Below are positions 38,549 through 49,734 of a DNA stretch of 64,000 nt, piece by piece (the first letter of the stretch is position 1; each line of letters starts with the position of its first letter). This DNA comes from Lama guanicoe (lineage: Eukaryota): assembly GCA_013239625.1 (NCBI GenBank), contig MU055549.1, positions 992,001-1,056,000 of the forward strand, given 5' to 3'. The position numbers and the translations under genes are program-made. Under the pieces are notes generated by a model. The model was not told the DNA's origin and made no database searches. It saw only the letters and a program-made list of their open reading frames with translations.

Positions 38549-40105
38549 TCATTGCAATAATCAACACCTGTCACACAGAGAAGGACATCGGAGGCCCAGT
38601 GACAGGAGGACGTCTTTAAAGTCCTGGACATAAAAATTCAACTCATACTTCTACATGAGAAACACCCTTTAAAACTTAAGACAAAATGAAGACATTTTCA
38701 GAAAATTTAAACGACTTCTTTGCCAGCAGAGTGATTTAAGAAATCCCAAGGCAAGTTCTTCAGGCTGAAGGAAGATGATGCCGGACGGAACCTGGGGTCT
38801 TCAGGCAAGAACGAGGAGCACCAGGAGCGCCGAGTGCTGAGTAAAAGGAAACGGCTTCTTGCCCTCTTAGTTTTTAAAAAACATACGTGACTGCTGGAGA
38901 CAAAGACAGCCGTCCTGCCCCGTGGGTTCACAAGACAGGCAGCCGCGGCGTGCAGGACGGCCGCTGCACAGGGAGGGAGGGATGTGGCCCACTGGTCACA
39001 GATGGGTGCGCTTCCTGTGAGGCGGCGCAGCCTAACGCTATGGGTGAGCGCTGTAACCCTGAGAGCCGCCATTAAACCATTAACAGAACGTAAAAGCTAA
39101 AAGCCAATAAAAACTTAGAAGAGAAATCTAAAGAACACGCAACCAACACGAAGGTAGTTAGAAGAAGCGGAGAAACACAGAAAAGCAAGACAAAGAGCGA
39201 AACGGTGGCCCTGAACCCATCCCTACCAATAATTACAGTAAAGCTGAAGGACTACACACTTCAATTAAAAGGCAGAGACTGTCAGGAAACAGAAGCGCGA
39301 GCCCTGACCGTACCCCGCCCACTAGCAAAGCTCTGCAGGAGACAAGTCGGACACAGAGGGCGACAGTGAGAGACTGAACCCGTGCACCAGCCACGGCGCG
39401 CGGAGGCATGCACGGCGCTCAGACACGCCTGGGGCCAGTGTGCGCAGGGAGAGGCCACGCCACCGGCCATCAGAGAATGCATGCGGAAGCTACACACAGT
39501 ACCACCGCACACGCCAGAAAAGCAAAAATAACAGGAAAACGTAAAGCCGTTAACGTTTTATTCAAACAGTAACACAGAATCAAAATATATCAAGCGAAGT
39601 CGATGGATGTAAAAGGAATGGCGGACAGAGCACAACCACGGTGGAGGACTTGCGCACCCTCTCCGGGTAACCGACCAAATAAACAGACAAAACTCAAGCG
39701 AGATCACGTGAACACTGTTTTAGCCAGCTGGCCTAGCCGAATGTGCAGACCTTTACAGCAGTTAACTTGAGAACGCACATCCTTCTCAAGTGCAGGTCCG
39801 TTTACCAGACAGAACACATCCTGGGCCAGAAGGCAAGTCCCAGCAAGTGTCAAATGCCCAGAACCACACAGCCTGCGTGGTGCCAAGTTAGAACTCAGTA
39901 GCAGAGAGACTAGAACATCGCTCGCCGTCAGTAAATTAAGCAAAACTTCTACCGAGCCCACAGGTCAGTGGACCTGAGAAAACACCTGAGCTGAATGATG
40001 GAAACACCGCTCGTCGGAACTTCAGGATGAAGCCCAGGCAGCACTGAGGGAAGCCAGAGTTGCAACTGACAGATTAGAAAAGAAAGATCGAAAACCAGCG
40101 ATCTA

Positions 40106-40203
40106 GGGGGAGGGTCTAGTTCAGGGGTAGAGCACATGCTTAGCACACACGAGGTTCTGGGTTCAACCCCTAGGACCCCCACTGAAAAAAAAAGAGAAAA
40201 TTT
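40106..40203 (+). mobile_element. Camelid Vic-1-type tRNA-derived SINE
   Basis: ggggagggtctagttcaggggtagagcacatgcttagcacacacgaggttctgggttcaacccc plus an A-rich tail. Target-site duplication aaaaccagcgatcta / aaaatcaatgatcta (12/15). Confidence 0.8.
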
Positions 40204-40871
40204 AAAATCAATGATCTAAGTTAGAAAGAAGAATAGCAAATCAAGCCTCGAGAACATAGAGACAACAGACAGCTGAAGTCGATGAGACAAAACTGATGCA
40301 GGACAGAGCGAATCGTCTTCCTCCTCCTCCCTGAAAGGAACAGAAGTGAAGACACCACAGGCACCCACGTCCACATGGATGAACCTCAGAAACTCGGTGC
40401 TGAGCCCCAAACGCCAGGTCACCAGGAGTAATGGAGCAACACAACTCAGACAAAGGTCAAAATGAAGGACCTTTAAACGTTTTATTTGGGGCAGTAAGTG
40501 GTAAAGCTCTCAAAGCAGAGAAGGACGAACAGAAGTCACCTGGCTGAGGCAGGGAGGGAGGGAGGCAGAGAGGGGAACCCCTGGGCCCACGGAGGTACAG
40601 GTGATGCTGACCTTCCCTGAGCACCAGGCACAGGGGCTCCGCCTGTCCTGTTCCCCGTACACACCACGCCTCGCACGCAGGACGTGTGTTGTGACAGTAA
40701 CGGCCCTGGAGAGCCGCGTCACCTCAGGGCCTGGGGAGGACAGGCGTGCAGGGAGTTCAGGCGTCATCTGGCCTCCCCCGCTGCAACACGCCCGATGACC
40801 CATTACAGGCTCGGGTAACTTCAGAAGGCCACGTTTAATACCACCTTTTATTTTATTGTTTTAACACTTAC

Positions 40872-40930
40872 CCAGCTCCACAGGTAACATTTTGATAGGA
40901 TTTCTTTCTAAAAGCAAAGTTTTCAGATGC
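40872..40930 (-). CDS. LRRC27: LRRC27 exon 4
   Basis: ttttaaag|G, HLKTLLLERNPIKMLPVEL, G|GTAAGT. 59 nt. Not in the ORF track. Confidence 0.95.
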
Positions 40931-43900
40931 CTTTAAAACAAAACAAAAGACAAGTAATTGAAAAAGCAGAAAATCAAACAGCCATCCCTAAAACACGCTG
41001 TCAGACTCCTCCATCCGCCGTCTCTCTGGGGGCAGCCCCACCGCGCGCACAGCCGTCCGCCCAGCCTCCGCAGCCCGCGGCAGGGCCTCGTCTCCGTTCC
41101 GGGCTGGGCTGGGCCTCGGCACTGCTGACACGCGGGACCAGCACTTCTTTGCTGGGGGAGGGCACGCCCTGTGGGGCGTCTGGCAGCTTCCTGGCCTCAC
41201 CCCACCAGAGGCTCCCTCCCCAAGTGGTGAGCACCACAGGGTCTCCAGATGCTGCTCATCCGCGGGGCGCCGTCTCCCCGTCCGGGAACAGGGACGTGAG
41301 GACGTCTGGGGGACCTGCTGCTGCGCAGAACGTCCGCCCTGCTGAGAGGTGAGGTGTGTGCCGGGCGCCCCCCGACGTCACAAAGGAAACGCGGTCCAAG
41401 GCGTGCCTCTCCAAGTACGTGACGGAGGATCTCTTCTTTCACTTGTATCTACTATATCCACCACAAACTCCAGCAAACAGCGTGCCAGGGCTGCACCCGC
41501 GAGGTGGAAGGCACCCAGTAACAACCCTCCACTGACGACGGAAGGTAAACCTTTCACATGAAAGCCCCTCTCGCACCTCTTACTCTGCTGCTTTTGTTTT
41601 TCCCATTTCCGAGACTCCATCACGTTAATGATCTGTTTCTCTTTCTCCCTCCCTTTCAGGGATCACCAGCTAAAACCAGGTGTGAAAAGACACCTGGCTT
41701 CCTGGTGTTCAGCCTGGGGTGGGATGGCCCCCCCCATGGGGCGCCCAGGTAGAGGCAGGACCCTGGCCCCTGGCCCCTCCCCGGCCCTGCTTCGCCCCAG
41801 GCTTTGCCGACAGACTGGAGAATCCTCAAACGCCGCACCCCTCAATCTCCAGAGACAGCCTCCCCACAACACCCCACACCCGCCTCGCCTGACACGGTGG
41901 CTTCCTCTCTTACCCCTGCTCTGGAGAGAGAAGCCCCCACCTGCCTTTTCCCTTCTCCTGGGCCCTCTGGGCCCCGAAACCACCGGGAACAAAGGGGACT
42001 GGAATGTATCTCGGGCCCACACCCTCAGCTTTCCTTCCCCAAAAAGCACGGCTCAGGAAGAGCTGCACACAGCCAGCCTCCTACAAGTGCCCCCACGCGG
42101 GACGTTCTGGCTGGGGGAGAGGCCGTCCAGGCTCATTATGCCTTGGAAGGGGAAGAAATGAAAATTCAACAGCACAGCCCACCAGCGTCCCCGAGATTTG
42201 AAAGGAGAAAATACAATTTCACAGACACAAAATCGAGCGCTCCAGTAAGCATTCAAACTACGCTTCACTTATGGATCGGCGGCCCGAGGAAAACCAGGTC
42301 CCCTGAGGGAAAGAATTTCCTTCCCTTTACTTTCTTGGATTTTTATTACTTGAAGTTTTCAAAAAGTAAACTTTGTGAATTAAGCTGTCCTTGATAAACA
42401 CAAAGGCAAATTATTTACACAGTGTTACATCCACTGTCCCTGGTTTAGCCCCCTTTTAACTGTGCTAACAGAGACAGCGGAGGGGTCGGCGCCTGCTCCT
42501 CTAAGGGCCTTCGCCAGGGTCTGCAGGCAGCCAAGTGCCCCCAGCCTCCCCGCACGCCTTTCTCCAAGCCAAGGACGTTCCAGCCCACCCGTCTGTCTGC
42601 TGGCAGGGGAGGGGGCATGTTGGCCAACCATTAACCTGAAAGTGTACAGGGCATTTTCCCACCTTATATAGTTAATAGATTAAAATATTACTATGTACAC
42701 TTGAAGTGATAAACCCATAAATGCTGGTCCCTTAAATACTATCAGTAAGCCGTCGATCATTCCATTTCACTGACTCCCACTGAACACACACCCCTACACA
42801 CTGGATTCGAGTTGACTCCCTAAGGAGGCACAGATACTGGCGGTCTTTCCTTAATCCTCCCTCCCCACTAGCAAGCTTGCACATCCAAGACACCGAGAAG
42901 AGGGAGCATTGTTTCCATTAGGCTTTTTGGAAAGTTTAAGGTTTTTAATAAGCCCAGAATTACTTAAAATTTCTAATGAGTACGCTTCAGCTCTTCAGCA
43001 AACAGATCTGGTTTTAATGATATAATGGCTTATAAACCACATGTGAAATTACATCTTAGACAACATTAAGCAGCTGGCTTTGATGGGCAAAATCAAAGAA
43101 TTCCAAAATCTGAGACCATGTATTTATTTTAGGAGGAAGAACAGTGCCCACGAGAACATACGCTCCTTTATATTTACCCCTTAGTAGCAACCACTGTCCG
43201 GGCCGGAGTGCCAGAGCTAAAACAGCGCGGACCAAACGCACTGAACTGCTCCCAAGGCAGCAGACGACGACCCTTGCAGAGCAGAGCCTCCCCAGCCACC
43301 TGCCCTGCACACGGGCGCGCTGGGCACTCGGCAGAGGCAGGCCCAGAGAGGGCACAGCCACCGTCACGCAGCTGCTGGCGGGCGGGGCTCAGCAGACGCG
43401 CCCCGCTTGGTCGGGACCACCCCTCCCACCACAGGAGGCCTGCTCTGTGGACCCCGAGGCGCCCAGGGGCCCCAGGAAGACAGCTCCTGGCTCTGCTCCC
43501 GCCCTGCCAGGGTGCCCACTTGCCTACAGAAATCAGCTGCTTCCTTGTAGGGCTGGAAAATGCACAAATGGTTCACGGAGATTTTTCTCTTACTGTTACA
43601 TGCGATGAAATACTCACTTCTTAAAAAATACTTTTAAAAACAGTGAGCTTCAGTCCAGCCAAGTGAAGGGCCTTCCACAGCCCCGACTCTGCTGCTCCAC
43701 GGGGGTCACCTTGGACAACCCCCTTCCTCCCAAGCCTACACCCACCCTGAACCCCAGCAGCTCCCCTGCTCGGAGGCCAAGGTGGCCTCCAAACTGGCCT
43801 CCCCGTGGCCACTCTGACCCCTCCGCTCAGAGTGACCTCAAAGCCAGGTCAAATTCCACCCCCTCCATCCAAACCCTCTGCGCCTTCCTGCCTAGTTCAG

Positions 43901-44224
43901 GATAAAATCCAAAACGGCAGCCATGCTGACAAGAGCAGCCTGCGAGCTCCGGCGACCCCTCCCTCATCGCACCTCTAACCCCCACCCCCGCTCCATCCCC
44001 CGCCTCCTCCTCGCTGCCCCCGCCTCGCCAAGCACAGGCCCACCGGAGGGCCTCTCCTGTGCCCTGCCTCTGCCCAGAACACGGTGTCATTGAAGGAGGC
44101 TCTGAAATTCGTACCAGGTTTCCTAAAGGTTAAGAAACAGCCATACAAGGACGGGGCACTGAAGGGCCGCCTCCTGAGGGAGTGAGGATGGCTTCTTCCC
44201 CCAGAAAGGCAAGCGCACAACTCA

Positions 44225-44467
<243 letters not shown>

Positions 44468-45019
44468 TTAAAAGCAAACCCACAACATTTACCCTTGAAT
44501 CGTTTAAACAGGAAACAGGAGAGTCAGGGAGACGAGGCCAGGCCCCACGGTGTGGTGTCTGGAGGGACCCCCGACTGGACATGCTGTTTCTCTCTGGGTG
44601 GCGGATCAGACGCCCCCGCTGAGCACGTCAACCTTTTCTACTGAACATCCTTTAGCAGCAAACTTAGTCCCAGAGTCTGTTTGAATCCTGTTTCCCTTCC
44701 TGGCCCCACACTCGTGTCCGCGGCCCTTCGGCCCGACTGGGAAACGCACCACCTGTGATAAACGGCCAGGAGCCATCACTTCAGGGAGCCGATGCAACAG
44801 GCCCAGGTCCCCGCCATAAGAAGGCAGAACAGGAAGGAAGGGCAGAGGACAGGATGCCGTCTGAGGATGCACAGCTGGGATTTCACGTCAGTGCAGCAGG
44901 GCCGCGAGGACACAAAACTCTCCTCTGATGCTGCTGTGGTAGTTTGCATACATCTGCATCACCATGTATACTGTACATGTGTACATATCTGTACGTCTGT
45001 CTTTACCCAGGCAGCAGAG

Positions 45020-45150
45020 CGCAGACATTAAGAGCCCTGGCCTGGGAGCCAAGCTGCCTGGGTTCAAATCCAGTGTCTGAAAACTATGGGCTGTGTGACC
45101 TCTCTGTTCTCTGGCATCCTCGCTGGTAAAATGGGTCATGGGACCCACAT
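45020..45150 (+). mobile_element. MIR remnant
   Basis: ttaagagccctgg...ctgcctgggttcaaatccagt...ctgtgtgacct...ggtaaaatggg. Confidence 0.6.
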
Positions 45151-45723
45151 GGCAGGGTGTGCCAGGCAAGCAGCACTGCTCTGGCAAAGACCACGGAGCA
45201 GGCAGAGCCCCGCCGGGCTGCCACTCTGCTGTCACAGCTTCTCGGCTCCCAGCTCTGCTGCCCACACCACCTTCCAAGTCCCTCCAAGTTTGAAGCAGAA
45301 ACTTGAGGAACACCAGCTAGAAGCCACCCTCCCTAAGTCCACTGACAACACAGTCTTGAATCAGCTAGGACCAGGGCACCGTCGCTCCCTGCTCGCGGCC
45401 AGTGCAGCCACCGGGAAGTGACGTGGCAGTTCCGGATGCGGCGCAGCCTCGAGGCTGCTCTCTCTCTCTCCAGGCTCAGCAGTGAAGCCACAGGTCCCCC
45501 AAAATCCCAGAAAAGGGATCTCAGAACAGTGAGATGGCACTGGTCCTCACGGAGGAGCTGGTCTGACTGCATCTGGCAGTCCAGCCTTCCTCCTCGGCCC
45601 CGTGAGGCCACGTCAAGGTGGGGGCCTGTGCTCCGCGATTCTAAGGGAGACTGCTGCTCTGGCTGCAGGTGCACCCGGAAGCCCTGGAGTCCACGGCTGA
45701 GTGGTCGCCTCCCTCGGTGACTT

Positions 45724-45737
45724 GTCGCCATGGTAAC
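45724..45737. promoter_or_regulatory. RFX X-box in LRRC27 intron 2
   Basis: GTCGCCATGGTAAC fits GTNRCC-N(0-3)-RGYAAC. A second match, GTGACCGGTAAC, lies at 45927-45938. Confidence 0.65.
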
Positions 45738-46109
45738 AAGATTTATACTGACATCTCTGTTTTCTGAGAAGCATAAGCAGTTATGAAGTTTCTTCACTAA
45801 GCCTGAAGAAGGCTCTGGAGCTTCCCCCTTCTTCCCTTACGGCTGAGGTACTGTGAGCCTCACAGCCCTGCTGGGTTCCGCATTTGGAGCTGAGCATCTG
45901 CCTCATTACAAGTGGCGCGTTACAGGGTGACCGGTAACCACCTGTGCAGGGGAGTGCTCAGGAAAGGACAGCGAGACGGGGCGGGAGCACAGGACCGGGC
46001 TTAGTAAACCAGGTACCCACTTAAAATCTAAGTACACGGCTTTTGTAAAACCACTCACACTTGTCACTCGACAGGGCAGCAGTGCAACGTGTGGGGTGTG
46101 TCCCGTGCT

Positions 46110-46230
46110 GTGGCCACTGCTTTATACGCATTAGTTCGTACAATAACCATGGAAATACCCTCATCCCTATCTTCCAAATGAAGACAAACGAGGTTTGAGG
46201 GAACTGCGTGACTCTCGCACAGGGAGGGAG
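46110..46230 (-). mobile_element. MIR remnant
   Basis: ctttatacgcattagttcgtacaataaccatg...atccctatcttccaaatgaagacaaacgaggtttgagg. Confidence 0.6.
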
Positions 46231-46706
46231 CCCGACTGTCTCTGTCAAAGCCGCGCCCCGACGGAACTTCATTCTAGAAATCACAGGCGAGACGGTACCC
46301 ACTAGGTCTCAAGCAGGCGAGGGCCCGACCCGGCGAGGGCACAAGGGAGAACTGAGCAGGTGACATATGCAAAGACGTGGTGAGAAATGGCCTTTAACTG
46401 TCTTAATGCTGCATTTTTTTAGGGGTCTTGTGTTTTGAATAAGAGACCAAGGGTGTTTCCAGCAAGTTTCCACCGTGGGCTTTCTGGTCTTCAGAAGTTC
46501 CCGAGACAGGACACTGGAATCTGACCCCACAAGGCATTTTCTGTGCCTGAATTTCTCATTTTGTTGTGAGCAGTGCAGGAAACCCCAAGATGACCCTCTG
46601 CCCCATTCTAGAATTTCTCTACCTAAAAAAAAACCCACAAGTGAAACAAGCCTTCGCTCACGTCCACATGGCAGTGTGCACAGGCCTGGAGGAACGCCCC
46701 ACTTAC

Positions 46707-46913
46707 TTTGAGGCTGGGGTCGTTAAAGATCTCTCCTAAGTGGTGAAGACCTCTTTGACTCAAGTCTAAAATCGGTGAGGAAGAAAAGATGACCCCCTGG
46801 ACGCGGCTGTGACCGTCTCTGGCAGGGGACGTGGGCTCACGCCTGGTGTGACCAACACCGCTCTCTGGGTCAGCAGCCCAACAGGGAGGCTCGCAGGGGC
46901 TGCCTCCTTCCAT
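46707..46913 (-). CDS. LRRC27: LRRC27 first coding exon (exon 2)
   Basis: MEGGSPCEPP...GVIFSSSPILDLSQRGLHHLGEIFNDPSLK (recalled human MEGSSSYEVP...GIIFSSSPILDLSESGL). Donor AAA|GTAAGT. Candidate acceptor ctttgtctgcag at 46977. Confidence 0.95.
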
Positions 46914-47899
46914 CCGTCAGCTAGGAGGAAGCAGTCCTCGGGGGACCACTGCTCATCCTCCTGGGTCTGGAGTCACCTGCAGACAAAGGGGAGGGGAGAC
47001 GCAGCGACAACTAGGGACACTGCACAGTCACACAGGCGGCAATGATCTTGCTTGCTTACAAAACCATTGCTTTTAATAAACAGTATCACAAATTTGACTT
47101 TCGTAAAACAAACTGGACCGCAAGGAGTTTCATGTTAAGGTTCTGCTCTTCCCTTTGTTCCATAGAGCTGCATGATTTAATTTTAAATTCCTGGCAAATG
47201 CAAAATTGGAATGGCTACGTTAGGGGCAAAAGCAGATCAGAACCTTTCAAAGTCCACGAGCCAACAGGTCCTCTCCACGAAGGGCAGTGGGGGCACCTAC
47301 ACTTGCACTGTCTCATCTGTGCTGTGGTTCCGTGCCATTCCTGTCAGCGCCACGCTCCGGGCCCGGTCCTGCAGTTCAGTTTACAGTTTTGGCTCAGTGA
47401 TCGGCTCTGGGTCCGGCTCCAATTAGGCACTGGAGAAAATCTGCCAAATTAGAACCTTGAATTTTAGTTGTTTGGCAATACTGTTGCTCAACACAAAGCT
47501 GGAGAACCGAAGCTGGTTCTCCTCGTTTGGTGAGGCACGCTTCCACGTTTCATTCCAAACAATTCATCCAGCAATGACGGTCAGCGCTGCACGGGTTAAG
47601 GGCTCAGAGGCCTCCACCCGTCCATACAATCCGCTCACTGACACAGCCAGCACCTGGTACACACGCTGCATGCATTTCCTTCCATTTTAGGGATGGGGAC
47701 TAGGAGGTGTGGGTCAGTCAAGGAACTGCCCAGATGCCAAGCAATTAACGAGAGGGGGCGAGCCCACGGGTCCCACCCCAGGCAGCCTGCACCCCCTGGA
47801 GGCCCCGAGCCTTTCCCAAGTGGGTCCTTTTCTGTGAACCAGGTGGCAGGGAGGCTTCAGCCTCCCACAAACCTCTGAACAGGGAGAGTGTCTTAGAAC

Positions 47900-48800
47900 C
47901 GCGAGCCAAACGGCAGGACCTAAAGACCGGCAGGGCGGGTGGCGCCGGCTGCTCAGGCCCCGGGCGCCCGGCCTCGTCTCCCCACCGCAGGAGCCGGCCT
48001 GGAGCAAACCCGCGGCGCCCCTGCCCCCAGGTCCGGCTCCCCCCGCGTCTCAGGCTGCCTTCCTGGGACCCCCATCCCCCCGCGACTCCCCGGCCTCACC
48101 TGCGGCGCCCCCGTCCCCCACGCCCCGGCGCCCCCAGCCTCTCCGCTCCCGACGCGCGCCCCGGCCCCGCCTCACCTGCGCGCCTGCCCACCAGCCCGGC
48201 AGCAAGCCCCGCCAGCCGAGAGCCGCGGCGCAACAATGGAGGCCGCCAGGCCCACGCGGTCGCTATGGAAACGCCCAGCCTACGGGGGCCCGCAGGCGCC
48301 AAGCCGCGCGGGAGGCGCGCAGCCGCGGGGCTCGCGTGGCGTGTGGCGCGCATGCGCACGCGGCCCTTGTCCACTCGTCCGGCTGCGGAGCCCCGCCCGG
48401 TCCCCAGCGCTGGCCCGCTGCCCGCGACCTCCTCCGCCGGGTAGTCAGGGACACACACAGCGGTTGGAGCGTCCCGGACCAAGGGGTCATGTGTGCTGAA
48501 GCCCGGAGAGTCAGGATGCGCGAGGAGGGCGCGGCGGGGGCCGGTGGGCCGTTCGGGGGACCGCGGCTTTCACACGAGAAAGCTCGAATTTCAGGTTATC
48601 CGCCGGCGTCAAGAACTTGAAAGCCCTTCCCGTTTTTTTATCTTCCCGTATGCAGCAGCAGCTCTACTTCCTCTTGGGGTCACGGACGGCTGTCCCAGTT
48701 GCCGTCCTCGCACGGACACCCATCGCCCGGAGGGAGACGGACGCATCCTTCCCAGAAGCACCCCCCGCCCCCCGCCCCCACTCCCAATAATTGCCTCTGT
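47900..48800. promoter_or_regulatory. CpG island; head-to-head promoter of LRRC27 (minus) and upstream STK32C transcripts (plus)
   Basis: CpG-dense. X-box-like GTCGCTATGGAAAC at 48259-48272 and NRF1 palindrome GCGCATGCGC at 48348-48357. Confidence 0.8.
48100..48270 (-). other. LRRC27: Probable non-coding exon 1 of LRRC27, with two alternative donors
   Basis: CAG|GTGAGG donors with exon ends at 48176 and 48100. The transcription start is approximate. Confidence 0.55.
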
Positions 48801-49092
48801 GAACTGGCCAGAATTGCTTCGGTTACGTTACCTAGACCAGTCAGTGGCCCGAAGGGAAAGGAGACCACCACCAGGGCTCGAACCAATCAGGATTTCTCTC
48901 TGGGTCTGGGTCCCCTCCTCAAGTCTGTATCAGTCAGGCGCGGAGCCGCTGGGGGATGCCACGGTTAAGGGGTTTGGCCTGCGGTTGCGGGGCTGGTTGG
49001 GTAGTCTGAAGGCTGCTACCCTGTGCCTGACGCCACAGCTGGAAGTGTGCGGAGCAGGTAGTCTGGAAGGGAAGGTGCAGCAGTGAGGACAG

Positions 49093-49734
49093 ATGAACCT
49101 GCAGCAAACTGGACATCGGGAGCCCAGGCTGGACCCCACGGGGATGCGTGGAGCACGTGGCTGTCCTGCAGAAGCTGGCACTGTTGGTCACAGAACTACA
49201 CACACACCTAGCCCAGGAGTTGGGGAAGCTCTGTGCTGGGCAGAGTGGGCCCCACAACATCACCAAGGTCTTGTCTCCATGCTGGGCAGGCTTCCCTGTC
49301 CTGGGCGGAGCGTCCGCACTGACCCAGCCTCTCTGTTCCAGGCTCCAGCACCTGTCCCCCACCCGGTGTTGGCTGCCCAGCCGAGTCGGGGCGAAGTCCA
49401 TCGGGGGGACACAGCTGACTGGTCCCTGCAGAGACTGACCCACAGCCGTGACCTTGGAGGGCAGATATCCCAGCTGCCCAGTATGGATACCCCACCCAAC
49501 GCTTACAAGCTGCTGCTGGACGCTCTCCCGGGCGGGTGGCCTCCCCCAGCCAGACGGCACTTTCCCAGGGCCTGGAAAGCACACAGGGTGCTGCAAGTCT
49601 TGTCTCAGCATCACAGCCCCACGACGGACTCAGAGAGGGAGGACATGACAGCCCACTTGGAGCCACAGGAACCAGGACGATGCAGGAAATTGGCTTGGAC
49701 CTTTCTTCCAAAGACTTCAGGAGAGTTTGTGTAG
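49093..49734 (+). other. STK32C: 213-aa ORF whose 49384-49644 part resembles the alternative upstream first coding exon of STK32C; start codon and donor appear lost
   Basis: SRGEVHRGDTA...SRDLGGQISQLPSMDT...GGWPPPARRHFPRAWKAHRVLQVLSQ...DSERED resembles my recollection of the long human isoform N-terminus (MRGEAAAGDTA...RSLGIKISELPCTDT...RAREAHRALEALSQ...SEREE). Confidence 0.55.

Noticed and set aside
40106-40180. tRNA-like sequence as a tRNA gene
   Set aside because: A-rich tail, target-site duplication and degenerate stems indicate a SINE.
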